Below, piece by piece: positions 40,231-54,050 of a stretch of 64,000 nt of DNA (positions are counted from its first letter, which is position 1; each line of letters starts with the position of its first letter). A program made the position numbers and the translations under genes. Source of the stretch: Octopus sinensis (Eukaryota). Under the pieces are notes generated by a model. The model was not told the origin of the DNA, did not search any database, and saw only the letters and a list, made by a program, of their open reading frames with translations. The stretch spans positions 147,932,001-147,996,000 of the forward strand of contig NC_042998.1 in NCBI RefSeq assembly GCF_006345805.1, given 5' to 3'.

Positions 40231-42842
40231 TTTTGTCTATGCTGATACAAGTCAAATCATAAAATAGAAAAATGTATCTAATTCATTCAATTCCTTTCTT
40301 TATATCAGTTTCCATCTGTAAAGATATTTCAGAAACTTCAAAATCTACTATTTTTCAAAGTATAGACACCAGTCAGTGATTTTACATGTATTATTTATAT
40401 ATTTGAATGCAGTGTTCTTGCAGCAAGCATTACCTGCAGTAATTTAGGATATTCCTGTATTTTTAAAAAATGGAAATCAATTTTAGAGTAGCTGTTGGAT
40501 TAAATTATTTGACTTGTAACTGTAAAGTCAAGAGTTCCAAATCCTCTTAAACCACAATGCTGCTCAGATTGTCCTGGATTGTCTGCCTGAAAATAGCTGC
40601 CACTCCTGCTTTACATGATAATTAATGCTAAAAATAGCATTCAGCTACTGTAGAATCATTTACCCCTTAAAATGCCAGCTAACATACCACCACCACCACC
40701 ACCACTACATCACAGTAAAGACAGTCGCATAACTGAAATCAGCTTCCATCTACATGCTTTATGCAACTACATGGCTTAATAATCTACATATAATGATATA
40801 ACTACATAATCCATCCTTCATATGACCCATACAAATGCAAAGCCAATATCCATATCAAACTGTCTAAATTATAAATAATTGCTGGTATCTCTGCCTTTGA
40901 AAATGGAGAAAAGTAGAAAAGAAAAATGGAATTTGGAAAAAAGAAAAAAAAAAAAATGAATATGCTATTTTATCTGGTATACTTTGTACTATGAAGTCTG
41001 CAGAATTGTATTAAATAAGGTTGAAGCAAACTATATTTGATATTCTAGTTAGTTTGTTCCATCTTGAGGGTAGCTATTTGATAATGTCAATAATTAATTC
41101 AACAATTGATAAATGCAGATATGTGAATTTTATGATCTAGCAGCTTAAGTAGGCTGCCATAGAGAAATGGATATAAAGCTATTAAAGTATATTTAACAGC
41201 ATGAAGCATTTTGCAATAATGATGAAAACAATTTATGTATTATGCAGCCCTATACCAGTAACATCCTCAAGATGACAATCAATTTTAGACTTCATTAAGC
41301 TAAGATAATTCATAAGTTTAGTCACCAAAATTATTGTGATGGTATGAAATAATGGGAAACAGTGCCGGAAGTTTATGCTTGTATGACATGAAGGAGAGTA
41401 AAGACTACTGTTTTGGGTGGAGGTCTTTCATAGGTCTTTGCTAACAGTTTCTGGAGAGAGAGAGAGAGAATAAAAATGTGTGAAAGGTTAGGAACTTAGA
41501 TTTGTTAGCTTGAACTAGTCAAAATTATATTGAGGGTTTATCACATTGTTGAAATAGCTTTCTCCTGTGTTGAAAGCTTCCTGTGTATTTAATGAAATAT
41601 TTCAAATGATCACTGACATAATTAATGGATCAATGAAGTCATTAAATGAGTTATAGTTTGACAACTTGTAGTGAATATAGATTGGAAATTATTGACCTGT
41701 ACTCTATTACCCCTACCTCCTCCCTTCACTTGTGCATATGCATATGTGTATAACATATGCACTCACAAAGGTCTATGTATTTACTATTACAAAACCAGGT
41801 TGACTTTGGTTATGCAGACATCATGTTCATTTAAAATGAAATACCATTGAGCTGTAGAGATAACTCTAAGTTAATATAAGCTGGGGTTTGAGTATTCTTT
41901 TCTTTACCTCTTTTTTTTTGGGAGGGAAGGGCAGTGCCCATGATCCTTTACAGGATCTCTGAGACTAGTGAGAAGGAGAGGAAGTTATCTTCAAATTGGA
42001 GATCTAGTCTGAATGTTGCAACAAAGTGGACTCCACTAATGACATTCAAGGTACTAAGTCAAATCTCTTCATAGCCTACTTTGCTATGGTGAGATTTGAA
42101 TGCAGGACATTTTATTTGATATTGTGATGAATGTGCTTATTCAGTGCTTTGTGTATGTATGATATATTGTAAGTCAGGTCATAAATTTGTGCTATTGTTA
42201 ATATAATCCAGTATAATTGGCTCTCATAGCTGAGTCATCAGTTAAACCAGCTCAGTCACTGGGAATACTTTGTGATGAGTGTTTGCTAGAAAGCTTGCAA
42301 AAGAAATGTGAACATTTCAAAGAGCAGAGATAACTAGCATAGGGTCAGTTACTATGTAGTATAAAAGTGCAGGGGCACAGAAGTACTTGAGATAGTAAAG
42401 GAGTATATTCTAAGACTCCTAGTTTTAGTCAGAGATGGGAAACACCAAATTTTAAACCTACATGAGCTGTTGAACCAAAGTGAGCTTCTTAACTACATAG
42501 CATGCTTTCACCTCAGTGTGTGTATGCAAGAGGAGAAAGAAAGAAAGCATGTATGTATATTAGTTAACTAGTCCTTGAGTATGACATCTTGGAATTTCTT
42601 CTTGAGCTTCTTACCTTGTATGACTTTGTAAGTGACTCTTTGTGCCAGCTTTGAACTTCACTTTGCCACACATGTTGCACTTCAAAAAAAGTTGCTTGGA
42701 TTACTACACCTACTTAATATCATCATGTCCTTTCAAAAGATAGATTCATCTACATATTGACTACTTTTGTCCACAGCTTCTGATATTGCTACTTGCTTCC
42801 TCTTCCTAATTGCTCCTGAATTCTTATCCTCTCAAATAATGC

Positions 42843-43059
42843 ACTCTTTTATTCTTTTACTTGTTTCAGTCATTTGACTATGGCCATGCTGGAGCACTGC
42901 CTTTAGTCAAGCAAATCGATCCCAGGACTTATTCTTTGTAAGCCTAGTACTTATTCTATCGGTCTCTTTTGCCGAACTTCTTAGTTACGGGGACATAAAC
43001 ACACCAGCATCGGTTGTCAAGCGATGTTGGGGGGACAAACACAGACACACAAACATATA

Positions 43060-43095
<36 letters not shown>

Positions 43096-43272
43096 TATAT
43101 ATACACACACTACAGGCTTCTTTCAGTTTCCATCTACCAAATCCCCTCACAAGGCTTTGGTCGGCCCGAGGCTATAGTAGAAGACACTTCCCCAAGCTTC
43201 CACGCAGTGGGACTGAACCCAGAACCATGTAGTTCGTAAGCAAGCTACTTACCACACAGCCACTCCTACGCA
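42843..43272 (-). mobile_element. Intact young SINE family A (tRNA head, CORE-like segment, internal microsatellite, unique tail)
   Basis: Minus strand shows an A box-like TGGCTGTGTGG, a B box-like GGTTCAGTCCC, a CORE-like cttggg.aagtgtcttctact segment, a (TA/TG)n linker and the tail cagtcaaatgactgaaacaagtaaaagaata. Confidence 0.9.
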
Positions 43273-43399
43273 CTATCAAAGATTTCCTTCACTTTGTTCT
43301 ATCAGCAGCTTGTTCTTCCCAGTTCTCAAAAGAAATACCACATTTCTCCAAGATTTTGTACTACTGTTTGAGTTTTAAGTCTTACTTTTTTCTTTGTTT

Positions 43400-44500
43400 C
43401 AATTCTCCATAAAACAGTTCCTTTGGAATTCTGGTGTTGCTCATTCAAACAAGATGTCCATGTCACCTTAAAACATGTAGAATAATGATGGCTTCAATAT
43501 TAGCCATTTGAGCCTTTTCTAGAACTTTGGTATCCAGGGTATATATGGTCCACTTCACATCGAGTATGTATATCAAACAGCTTTGAAACAGTTCCAACAT
43601 CATGACTTGGTATTTGTAGATCATCCAAATTTCAAAGCCATACAGTAAAGCTGAAAGCACACTAGTATTGTAGATGGATATCTTTGTGCTTAATCTGATT
43701 CCATTTTGTGACCATATTTGCATTATCTGACCACACACTTCCCAGATAAGTAAAGGACTTCACCTCTTTTACTTTATCTCCTACTGTCTTTGGTTTCACA
43801 TATTCTTTTCCAGGTGCAACCTGCAACCTGTTTTCTTCAAATTCATTTCCAAGCTAAAAGCTTTTCATGATGTGTTAAAAACTGTAATCCTACAGTTCTT
43901 GTGTGGGATATTAAATCACAATCATCAACATTATAAAAGTTCCTTGACAAAAGATTCAAACACTTTAGTACCTGTGGTAAATTCCTGATGTTGAACAATC
44001 TTCTTATTGTTCTAAATCAGATATAGATTCCCATAGTGTTACATTTGAATGTTACCATAAATACTGCTGTAAAGAGCAAATAACATTGGTGCAAGAATGT
44101 CTCCTTGCTTTGCCCAGCCCTTAACAGGATAAGTTCAGATAGATTACTTTAGCCTTCATGTTGTCATGCAAAGATTGTAAACTTGTTAAGACAACCAAAC
44201 TTCTTTAACGCATTTCCTAGCATTGATCTGTTGACTGTGTCAAATGCCTCAGTGAGATCAGCAAAACATTGTGTGTGACTCACCAATACCCCAAGACTGG
44301 AGAGATGCTATCTTGGTATCCCTGCTTAAGAAAGGTGAGGAATCTCAGTTTGGAAATTTTTGTGGCATCTCACTGTTCTCTGTAGAGGACAAAGCTTGCA
44401 CAAGAGTTCTGCTGAACATATTAATTTCCATAGTGACAAATGACATTTTTCCAGAAACACAATGTGGTTTTAGAGTACAAAGAACAACTAATGAAATGTT
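43400..44500 (-). mobile_element. Degraded BovB-type RTE LINE with an inverted 5' segment (44271-44500 on +)
   Basis: Minus strand reads CFADLTEAFDTVN...KQGDILAP...IRLSTKISIYNTSVLSALLYG.E.W. Plus strand 44271-44500 reads IPQDWRDA...PETQCGFR..RTT.EMLF. Confidence 0.8.
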
Positions 44501-45391
44501 ATTTTTTACATGTTTGTATACATATATATATGTGCACGTGTGTATGTGTGTTAGTAAAACAGACATCTTTGCCAGAAGTTTAAAAAGAACCAGTTTACTT
44601 TCATCTCTGAATAAATTAATAATTTCATCTCAGTATTGACTGTTTTCTCTCCCTCTGCTCTCTCTGTCTCACACACATGCACACATTTTGTTGCCTATGC
44701 TCACATACTGTGTCTTTACAATTAAAATAATAATATATGTATCAAAATGTCTTGCTAATTGTCTTCAAAAACTGAACAATGCTTTATCTAACTGCTTTTA
44801 TGAGAATGAATGCATTTATCAATTTTTTTCTGTTAATTTTGCATTCAAATTATTCTTCATTGAACAATTACTTAAGAATTTTAGTAATCATTCAACCTGA
44901 AGTGTATTTCAATTTTCTTTTGTATATGGAACAGTAATATTTTAAACCAAAACTAAGCTTCTAATGAATTCAGTGTTTCCCTTAAATTGATATCAGTAAA
45001 AAGACATTAAAATAAATTGCTAAAATATGTACACATACGCTTACATACATATATGTGCGCATACACAAGCACACATGCATGCTGATGCACACACATCTGC
45101 TCAAACAGACAAAAAAGAATGCCACTCTAACAGACAGTCATTATTCATTGACAAGGTTACAAAAGGCAATGAAAATTTTGGAAGAAAAAATATAATAAAT
45201 GAGTGGAAATCGAACCGGTATGTGTATTAGATAATAAGGCATTAAGGCACTCCTCAGACACAACATAAAAAAAGTTAGCTTATAGCTAGGTATGTTACAG
45301 CATTTTCAGTTGACTCTTGTGGGGTATAATGGTAAACTGTAGTAGGATGTTTATAATTTTTTTCATATTTATGTATGTTTAGATGCACAAT

Positions 45392-45396
<5 letters not shown>

Positions 45397-45454
<58 letters not shown>
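45397..45454. repeat. (TA)n microsatellite
   Basis: Read directly. Confidence 0.95.
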
Positions 45455-45458
<4 letters not shown>

Positions 45459-45860
45459 TATTTCGGAATGGTCATTTTGCCAGTTTAGCCAATAAAATAT
45501 ATATTGTGGTTAAGAAGTTTGTTTTGTAACCATGTAATTTCATTTTCAGCCATACTGCATGACACCTTAGCCACCAACCAACAAATGCTTTGAGAGTTAA
45601 TGTTTATATTTTGCACTTTGGAAAATTACTGAGCCATGGATAGTAACACTGTTGGCAGTTCCCTGGCCACAATTTATTTGGTCACTCTCCCTTACTTGGA
45701 AATTTGTAAGTGTAAGAATTACTGATAAGAAGAGCAACTGGCTGTGATAACAATGCCTTGATAATTGTTTAACCCAGGTTTGCATGGAAAAGCAAATATA
45801 AAATGAATAAGCAATCAATAATCACCACACTGTAATACTGTTTTGTATTGAGTGTGAGGA

Positions 45861-45995
45861 TTTAAACTGACCATATCTGTTCCAAATATTTTACCTGTTT
45901 TATTTTCAAACCAGCCAGTTCTGGTCTCACGCGTACCTTACAATGAGTAAATAAGCATTATTTTTGACAGAGTAATCTGAATGCCAAAGGGTTAA
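45861..45995 (+). mobile_element. piggyBac-like MITE, internally deleted
   Basis: tttaaactgaccatatct...gacagagtaatctgaatgccaaaGGG TTAA. Confidence 0.55.
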
Positions 45996-46366
45996 ACTAT
46001 TTTATAGTTCTTTGCTTTCAGGTTTTTAGAGTTAAAGCAGAACAAGTTGAAACCACTTTTTACATAAATGTTTGAGATAAGAATAAGTTATGAAAACCTG
46101 TTACACTAGGTTTCATATTGAAGTGATTCTTAATTAGTGACATTCAGAACAAATAATCTCAGGGCAACAAAGCTCATTTTCAAGCAATATTTTCTCTGAA
46201 ATGGTTTTCTATTTGGAAGAAATACAGATTGAATTTCTTAAATACAATGTTTTTTAGCTCTTTGCTTTGTGCTTAAAATGTTGTGTGTGTGTGAATGCTT
46301 AAAATTTTCATGCTTGTCTTTAATATTTTTTTGACTGAGATCCTTTTAATTTTTTTCTTATTGTAG

Positions 46367-46515
46367 AAGGCATACCTCAAGTGTATTATTTTGGCCCTTG
46401 TGGAAGGTACAATGCCCTTGTGTTGGAGTTACTCGGGCCAAGTTTAGAGGACTTATTTGATATGTGTGACCGGCGATTCACTTTAAAAACTGTCCTTATG
46501 ATTGGTATACAGCTC
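46367..46515 (+). CDS. CSNK1G: Casein kinase I gamma, internal coding exon ((E)[49 protein letters not shown]), 149 nt, phase 1 to 0
   Basis: ttttttcttattgtAG acceptor at 46365-46366, GTGAGT donor at 46516. G+AA joins the 7317 exon in frame. The hinge motif [10 protein letters not shown] is typical of CK1. Confidence 0.96.
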
Positions 46516-47204
46516 GTGAGTATATTTTAATTATATATCATATAATTTGTTACATCTAGATGAGTTACATCATTGTCTAACAAAATTTCAAATTAGTAAA
46601 AGCGAGGAATTTTTAAAATTTGGTTATTTTATGATGTCAAAACAATTGTTTTTACAGCTGAGTGTCCTGATGACCATGAACCCTTCGATCAAAAAGAAAT
46701 GGGACCTAATGTCATCTAGTGTAAGATACTTTTCCTAGGGTTGCAAGATTTGAATTCCAACCATTCATGCAATCACAGTTTTAATTCAGACCATGTGTAA
46801 TCTGTTGCAGTTATTTATTTTGGTGCTCTATATTTTCCCCATCCTCTGTACTTAGCAGATTGCTTTCAATAACCTGTGTTTTACATTATTATCTTGTCAT
46901 GAATTTTATAAGTTATTTTTAATTTACAATGTTAATCACATCTTAATGAATTGAAGTTTTCTATGGTTTATCTCTTTATTGCATTTATCAAAAGTTATTT
47001 ATGTTGACTACCAACTTGAGAATGTGCATGAGATACCTGTTGCCTTATTACAGTTCTCGCTGTTTTGAAAGTACAAAATTTATGAAGACTGGTTACACTT
47101 GCCTCAATCTATCTGCTGGAATATATTAAACATTCTAATTATTGAATAAGTGGCTTTAGCAAAGATGTAGATTTTATGGTTTTTCTTTTTTTTTTTTTGA
47201 AAGG

Positions 47205-47379
47205 TGCAGGTGTGGTGAAAATAGGCATAAACATAGTTATTTGGTTAAGAAGCTTCCTTCCCAACCATTTGGCTTCAGGTTCAGTCTGTGTGGCACCTTG
47301 GACAAGTGCTTTCTACTATAGTTACTGGCTGACTAAAGCTTTGTGAGTGGATTTAGTTGACAGAGACTGAAAGAAGCCT

Positions 47380-47414
<35 letters not shown>

Positions 47415-48110
47415 CTTGTTTGGATGTAGCATGGTAGCTGTAAGTGAATGTCGCTGTCATGCAAGCACTGTCACTCATTTCCAATATTTTACATAAATAT
47501 AGGCGCAGGAGTAGCTGTGTGGTAAGTAGCTTGCTTATGAATCACATGGTTCCAGGTTCATTCCCATTGCGTGGCACCTTGGGCAAGTGTCTTCTACTAT
47601 TGCCTCGGGCCGACCAAAGCCTTCTGAATGGATTTGGTAGATGAAAACTGAAAGAAGCCCATTGTGTATATATATATATATGTATGTGTGTGTGTATATA
47701 TATGTGTGTGTGTGTGTGTGTATATATGTATATATGTGTATGTATATGTTTGTGTGTCTGTGCTTGTTCCCCCAACATCACTTGACAACCAATGGTGGTG
47801 TGTTTACGTTCCTGTCACCTAGCGGTTTGGCAAAAAAGACTGATAGAATAAGTACTAGGTTTACAAAGAAGAAGTCCGGGGGTCGATTTGCTCGACTAAA
47901 GGTGGTGCTCTAGCATGGCTGCAGTCAAATGACTGAAACAAATAAAAGAAAAAAAAAGAATGTCTAGCCATGGGTTATATTACTTGCTTGAAAACAAGTG
48001 TGAGTTGGTAACAAGAGGGGCATCAGGACAAAGAAAATCTATTTCATCATACTATATCTGACCCATGTGAGCATGGAAAAGTGGAAATTAAAATGATGAT
48101 GATGATAGTG
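47205..48110 (+). mobile_element. SINE family B with a nested intact SINE family A (about 47503-47960)
   Basis: The outer head and (GT)n (47205-47420) and the RTE-type tail (47961-48110) flank a complete family A copy. Confidence 0.8.
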
Positions 48111-48439
48111 ATGAATCATGTAATATTTGTGCTATTTTTTGTTTTGATCATTTAGGTTAACAAAATATAGGGATGGTTAACACCTTTGTACTGTATTAGC
48201 ATCCCAAGTCATTATGTATATTAAATGGGTAGAGCATTTGTTGAATTTCTTATTTGAAGAAAGCTTTAAAACAAAATCAAAATGTATTTATTTTTATCAT
48301 CTTAATATGTACTATGCTCCCTTCTTGAAAAATGAAAACAAAAGATATTAACTTTTAGCATTAAGAAATTTCGTATCTTGAAAATAATTCATTTTTGTTA
48401 GAAATTTATATTGTTTGTTTACTTGGTTCAGTTATTGAA

Positions 48440-48730
48440 CTGTGACCCCAGTTACTTATTTTTAAGTCTGATACTTATTCTATCATTCCCTTTTACTGAA
48501 CCACTACGTTACAAGAGACATAAACAAAACCAACACTGGTTGTCAGGAGAGAGGGTGCAAAGACACACACACACGCACATTTGTACAACATGCTTCTGTC
48601 TACTAAATTCACAACAAAGCATTGGTCAGCCAATGGCTGTAGTAGAAGACACTTGCCCAAGATGCTGTGCAGTGGGACTGAACCCTAACTCACATGGTTG
48701 CAAAGCATATTTCTTAATCACATAACCATG
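48440..48730 (-). mobile_element. SINE family A, degenerate and internally deleted
   Basis: tacttattctatc...gtagaagacacttgcccaag..gcagtgggactgaaccc matches 42843-43272. Confidence 0.7.
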
Positions 48731-49284
48731 CCTGTATCTGTATCTATCATTTTTATCATCACCTTAAGTTTTAATTGTATATTTTCATATGAAGTTATGT
48801 TTTACTCCTCATTTCTTTTTATCTTTGTCTTGCTCTCATTTTTTATTCCTGCTTTTCTTCTTGTTTTTTTTTTTTTTTTGTCTTAAATAGTTTTCTGACT
48901 TCAACTGATTTGTTCTACACTTGACAGCTCTATTCCCTTTATGTTAAATAATTCATATTCTGCTTGTGACAGTTTTATGTTACATAACAATTAGGACATA
49001 ACTCTCACTCACTTAATTCCAGATGTTGCAAATTTTGTCTTAGGTTACTTACTCATGTTTCATTGTGGTATAGCAAAAGGTTGCTGTTTATATCATGTAA
49101 GGTTGTTTTTTTTTATGCAAAATGACAAGCTTTGTGCTACATGCAAACAACAGTTTTCTTCCCAGCCACATGGTTTCAGGTTGTCTTACTGCAAGGCACT
49201 CTGGGCAAGTGCCTTCTGTTATAGCCCTAGGTTGACCTTGTGAGTGAAACTGAAAAAAGCATGTTGTTTCTCTCTCTTTCACTC

Positions 49285-49326
<42 letters not shown>

Positions 49327-50129
49327 TGTTTCTCCTTGTCTTCATAGTTGTAAAATGATTATCACTGTCATATAAGTATAATCATTCATTTCCAATATTC
49401 TGCTTAAAAATATCTTATCATGAGAAAACAAGAAGAGCATGCGGCTGTATAAAATCTGCTTCAATAAAACTCAGTCTGCTCCATGCAAACTTGGAAAAGT
49501 GGACATTTAAAACAGTGATGATGAATTTTATAAAATAATTTTGTTATTAATAAAATTGGTGTGTAGGATATAAATTATCATGAGATTTTGATGGTAGGTT
49601 TTAATTTGGATCATTATGGAACAGGAAGTTTGTCATAGAACCAGGGACAATCTCAGGTTGGTTGGTAACAAAAGGATCAAGTTACCAAGATTTAAAAAAA
49701 ACATAAGTGTCAGTGAATTGGTATATCTTGTTTTTAGTGAGTCATAGTTGACACCTACAGTTTTTGTGCAGTCTGAACAACTTTAGTATTGCTGCATTGA
49801 TATTATTCTCTGGCAAGCATGTGTGCTTGTTGCCTTAATAATAACAACTATTGAGAATATGAGACTGAAATAGTTATGTGAATGAGATATTAGTTTACAA
49901 ACTCAGAGCTTAGGAGTTCAAATCAGTTGCATATATTTTGCGTTTACAGGTAAAGTATCTCATTCTCTTTGTCCCAATTAACCTTGCTGTTGAATTTCCT
50001 AGGGAAATGCCAGTAGTCTTGATCATGTATTGATTGTTACTTCTGATATGAAAAATGAAGTAGCTGATTAAAGAAGTTTGTGTCAATTTATAACATTAAC
50101 CTATAGAATATATAAATATGTGCTTTATT

Positions 50130-50460
50130 AGACATGTCGTCCTGTTTGCATCTCTCACCTGTTGCCAAGTAAGGCAATATTTACCCTTAGCCAGACATGT
50201 TTCCCATAGAAGGCTGGAAATGAATGACATTGCATGTATGACAGTGGTACTCATTTACAACCATCATGTGATGTCAAAACAAGGAGATACAAACACACAC
50301 ATGCATGCAAAATATGCTTCTTTTAGTTTTTGTCTACTAAATCCACTCATAAGGCTTTAGTCAAACAGGGTTGTAGTAGAATGTGCTGTGCAGTGGTACT
50401 GAACCAGAGATCACATGATTGGGAAGCATGCTTCTTAACCATACAGCCTCATCTGCACCT
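50130..50460 (-). mobile_element. SINE family B, degenerate
   Basis: Tail and middle segment plus head remnant tctactaaatccactcataaggc...gtactgaacc...cttcttaacca. Confidence 0.6.
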
Positions 50461-52699
50461 ATAAAATCTAAAATTGGTGCAAACTCTTACTTAAAGATTA
50501 TATTGTTCACTTTTGATACTGACTGGTATCCCACTTAATATGCTCTACAAAATTATTGAGTATTCTCAAAGTTATGTTGATTGTTGAGTAACAGGTTAAC
50601 TAAATATGAGCTAGAGTATAGGCAATACTAAGTATAAGTGTAATAAAAGGTGATAGGCTTAGTTCCTCTGTCTGTTGTACTTCCTTTTACTTGAGGCTTT
50701 TGTTGAAGAGAAGCCATTTCATTGCTGTTGGTTTATTTTGGCTTACTTATATAAACAGGTATTTTGGTGTAATAAACAGTATTGTTATGTTATTCCTTTG
50801 TTGAGGTAATCTTGTAGATTAATTCTCTGAAGCAGTTAAGTCTGCCAATGAACTGCTAGCTCTAATAGAGGATTTTAGCTTTTGTTTTTAAATGTGTACT
50901 TTCTCAGCAAATCTTAAATATGCTTGCTCTGCAAGATTTATATTAAAACTTGTTATTTTCTTTTATCTTCTCTATTTTGGTCACTTTTACACCTGCTTAC
51001 TCCAACAATTTCTTAATTGTGGCAAATTTAAACATTAGCCTCACTCTAATTAGCAGATATTTATACTAAATAGATTTACTTTGAAAAATTATTCCTCATC
51101 CAGTTCAGCATGATAATTTATTAGGCACAGTATAGCAGGATGGTTAAGCATTAACTTCACAACCACAAGGTCCTGAGTTCAATCTTATTGCATGGCATTT
51201 TGGGCAAATGTAATTTTTTTATAGCCTTGGATCATCACATACCTTCTGAGTAAAATTGGGTAGACAGAAACTAATGAAAGCTCATCAGATGGATGAAGAT
51301 AATAACAATAATGATAATAAATGCAGTTTTCAAGAATACATCCATGAGTGGTCTTTTCTGATATTGGTATTATTCTTGGCACACATTCTACCACCATTGG
51401 TTGTTTTTCTCTTTTGTAGAATTTGGTTCCATTCAGAGCAATATCTCTCTAATAGAGTGACTTTATCCCAACATATTTTCTTGATGAGTATACTACTTTG
51501 AATTGTGTTGCAACATTTACTTAGAATTTCAAGTGGTTGCACCACTTTTGAGTGCCTCTCAATTTACTATGTCATAAAAATACTTCAACAATGCTCACTT
51601 TTACTATGTACCTTATCAACTATTGCCCCCCCCCCCCACCACCACTACCATTTCTAAGCCAGTCAACCAAGAGCTCACCATCTGATCTATTTGCAATCAA
51701 CTGTTTACAAATGCCATTTCCATCCACATGTAGTAGGACATGTAAAATTAATTTGGTTTTTTTATCTTGGTGTGCAATCACTAGGAAATTTCCTGTCTGC
51801 TATTGGTTTATTTCACATCATCTTCCCACTCCCATATCCAGTGGCAACAGTTTCTATTTATAATCACCGGCACATTTATCCAAATATTCCCTCTGTTTCT
51901 AAGCCTCCTGTAAGTTTAATTAAACTACAGTAGTGATAAAAAAAAAAAAAATAAAAAATACAGCGTTGGTTGTAGCATGGGATTGCTATTTTCCAGACTT
52001 CATTGTATTCTATGTCATGTTGACTATCACAATTGTCTTTTTTATTTTTTGTGTATAAAAGTGGTACCTAGTGCATATACTTTTATAGCCCTTTGTGTAG
52101 ACTTAATATGTATTACCAGAATGTATCTGAATGTATCCCACTGTCCCTTCGTGTGAACAGTCTTTTCCCTTGGTTCCTAACAAGTCTCAAAAATATCCTT
52201 TGTACAGTAGACAGAAAGGAGTTTTACTCTTGATGATAAGGTCTGGCTTCTTCCAAAAAAATTTGAAGAGATGTAATTTTAAATTACCATTCCATTCAAT
52301 ATCAGGAATTAACACATTCTTGCTTTCAAAATCACCCTTTACCCTCACAGAAACATCAGACCAGATAAATGTCTGCCATGCTGTTACATTTTTTTCTATC
52401 ATTGATTTGCTATATCAAATGAAATTCTTCCAATTACATCATCAAGATTGCCCCCCCCCCCACTCTTGCTGTATATTGGGCTTTGTTCTCCAGATATCCT
52501 TCCTGTCACCAGCCCATACTTGTCTTTGCATATCAAACTACTGAGCCATAAGAGATATTGTTTACAAAACAAATGTCTTCACACTGACACCATGTGGTGT
52601 CAGTTTGAAGACTTATAGGGACAAACTCTCTCTCTCTCCCGCCTCTCTCATATACTGCAGTACATCCCATTGGTCAATCCCCTTCAAATTTTCTCTCTT

Positions 52700-54050
52700 A
52701 CATTCTCATAGGTACTCAGCCATACCCCTAACTGCTTCAAACAAAATAAAACCACTAACCCTGACAATTATCCCTCCATTACACTTAAGCAATACACTCC
52801 AGAACTTGTTCTTATATTATTCAAACACTCCTTAATCCTTCATTCTCTATGTAATATACATTTAGAAATAAACCTCAATGTATTTCATTCCAAAGAAAAG
52901 CAATCCGTCTGATCTAGCCAAGTGGATGCTCTCATTTCTCACATTTCCAATGTAATGGAAACAACCATTGACAATGATGTTCTTTATCTCTTCTCTGCCT
53001 CCTGTGATCACCAGTACAACTTCACAGAGTCAAATCACTCATCTTTAGAGAATTTCAATGAAAGCAATGTTGTTGTTACAGACATCAGCATAGCCTTTGA
53101 CCATGTCTGGCTGCAAATCTGTCAAAACTTCTCACTTACAGGCTTCACCATCTCTTATCTCTTGGATTGATACATGTAGTTTCCCATCAGACTGTACAAT
53201 TGTTGCATGTATTGCTGGATCTCTTTTTGCTCTACTTTCAATCAGTTCTGAACTTTCTTACTGTTTAGTTCTGTCCTTCCATTTTCTTCTTTCTCTACAT
53301 CAGTGACTTGTTGTCACTCCCAACAGCACTCAGTATTATGCAGGCGACATGCTCCTTCATTACTCCCTAAGCTTCTCTAATCATGCATTATTCATACATG
53401 ACTTAGATACCACATGCCAAACCTGCATTGACTCCATAAATGGAAACCTTAAAACATCGTTCAGTGGGGTCTTGTTAACATCTCACTGTCACTGAGGATC
53501 TCTCCTGTTGAAAACATGTCCTTAGACTAGCCCCTATCTTCAGAGCCTGAAAATATTTCAGCCCTTAACTGCTACTCACATTCTACAAGGTTCAAGTGAG
53601 ACCCACAGAAGCAAACCCACATGTGGGACAGAGCTGCTTGCTATACACACTGACCATGTCCTGAAAAGAACCACTGGGTTGATTGGCATTCCACCAGTAA
53701 CAGACACACTCCAGTTTCTGGCTCACAGGTGTGCTGTCTCCTCTTTCTACTTTTTCTATCATTTTTATAATGACCTCTTTTCCATGAAACTGACTAGTCT
53801 TCTAAGTTCAGCACCTGGACACACTCAGTCCACTTGTCTCTCCATCTGTCATCACCTTGGTGTATCCAGTTCCCTCCTTTCCTCTCAATACTAACCACTA
53901 AATCCAGTCTTTCATCTCCAGAACATTGCCCCTTTGGAATCTCCTCCCTACTCATGTCTTTCCTGTAGGTGTTAACCAACAGCATTTCAAACAAAACGTT
54001 GATGTTATCAATCTCATCACTTCTTTTTGTAGGGTGAAGTGGGGAGTACA
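52700..54050 (+). mobile_element. Highly degraded CR1/L2-group LINE (RT region to 3' end)
   Basis: Relic motifs PDN.P...LK...PEL, FIPKK..PSD, ISNVME, VV.DIS.AFDHVW, GSLFALL; many frameshifts. Confidence 0.55.

Noticed and set aside
43190-43272. tRNA gene
   Set aside because: It has A/B-box-like motifs but continues into SINE body sequence and occurs in many decayed copies; it is a SINE head.
7318-46366. Duplicated, mutually exclusive version of the 149-nt exon (recalled for insect gilgamesh)
   Set aside because: No second [10 protein letters not shown]-like coding segment was seen by eye; a TBLASTN of the intron is needed to exclude it.
52131-52544. ORFs 52131-52544 (+) and 52187-52402 (-) as a possible transposase or gene
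   Set aside because: No recognisable motif and no splice support; needs a homology search.
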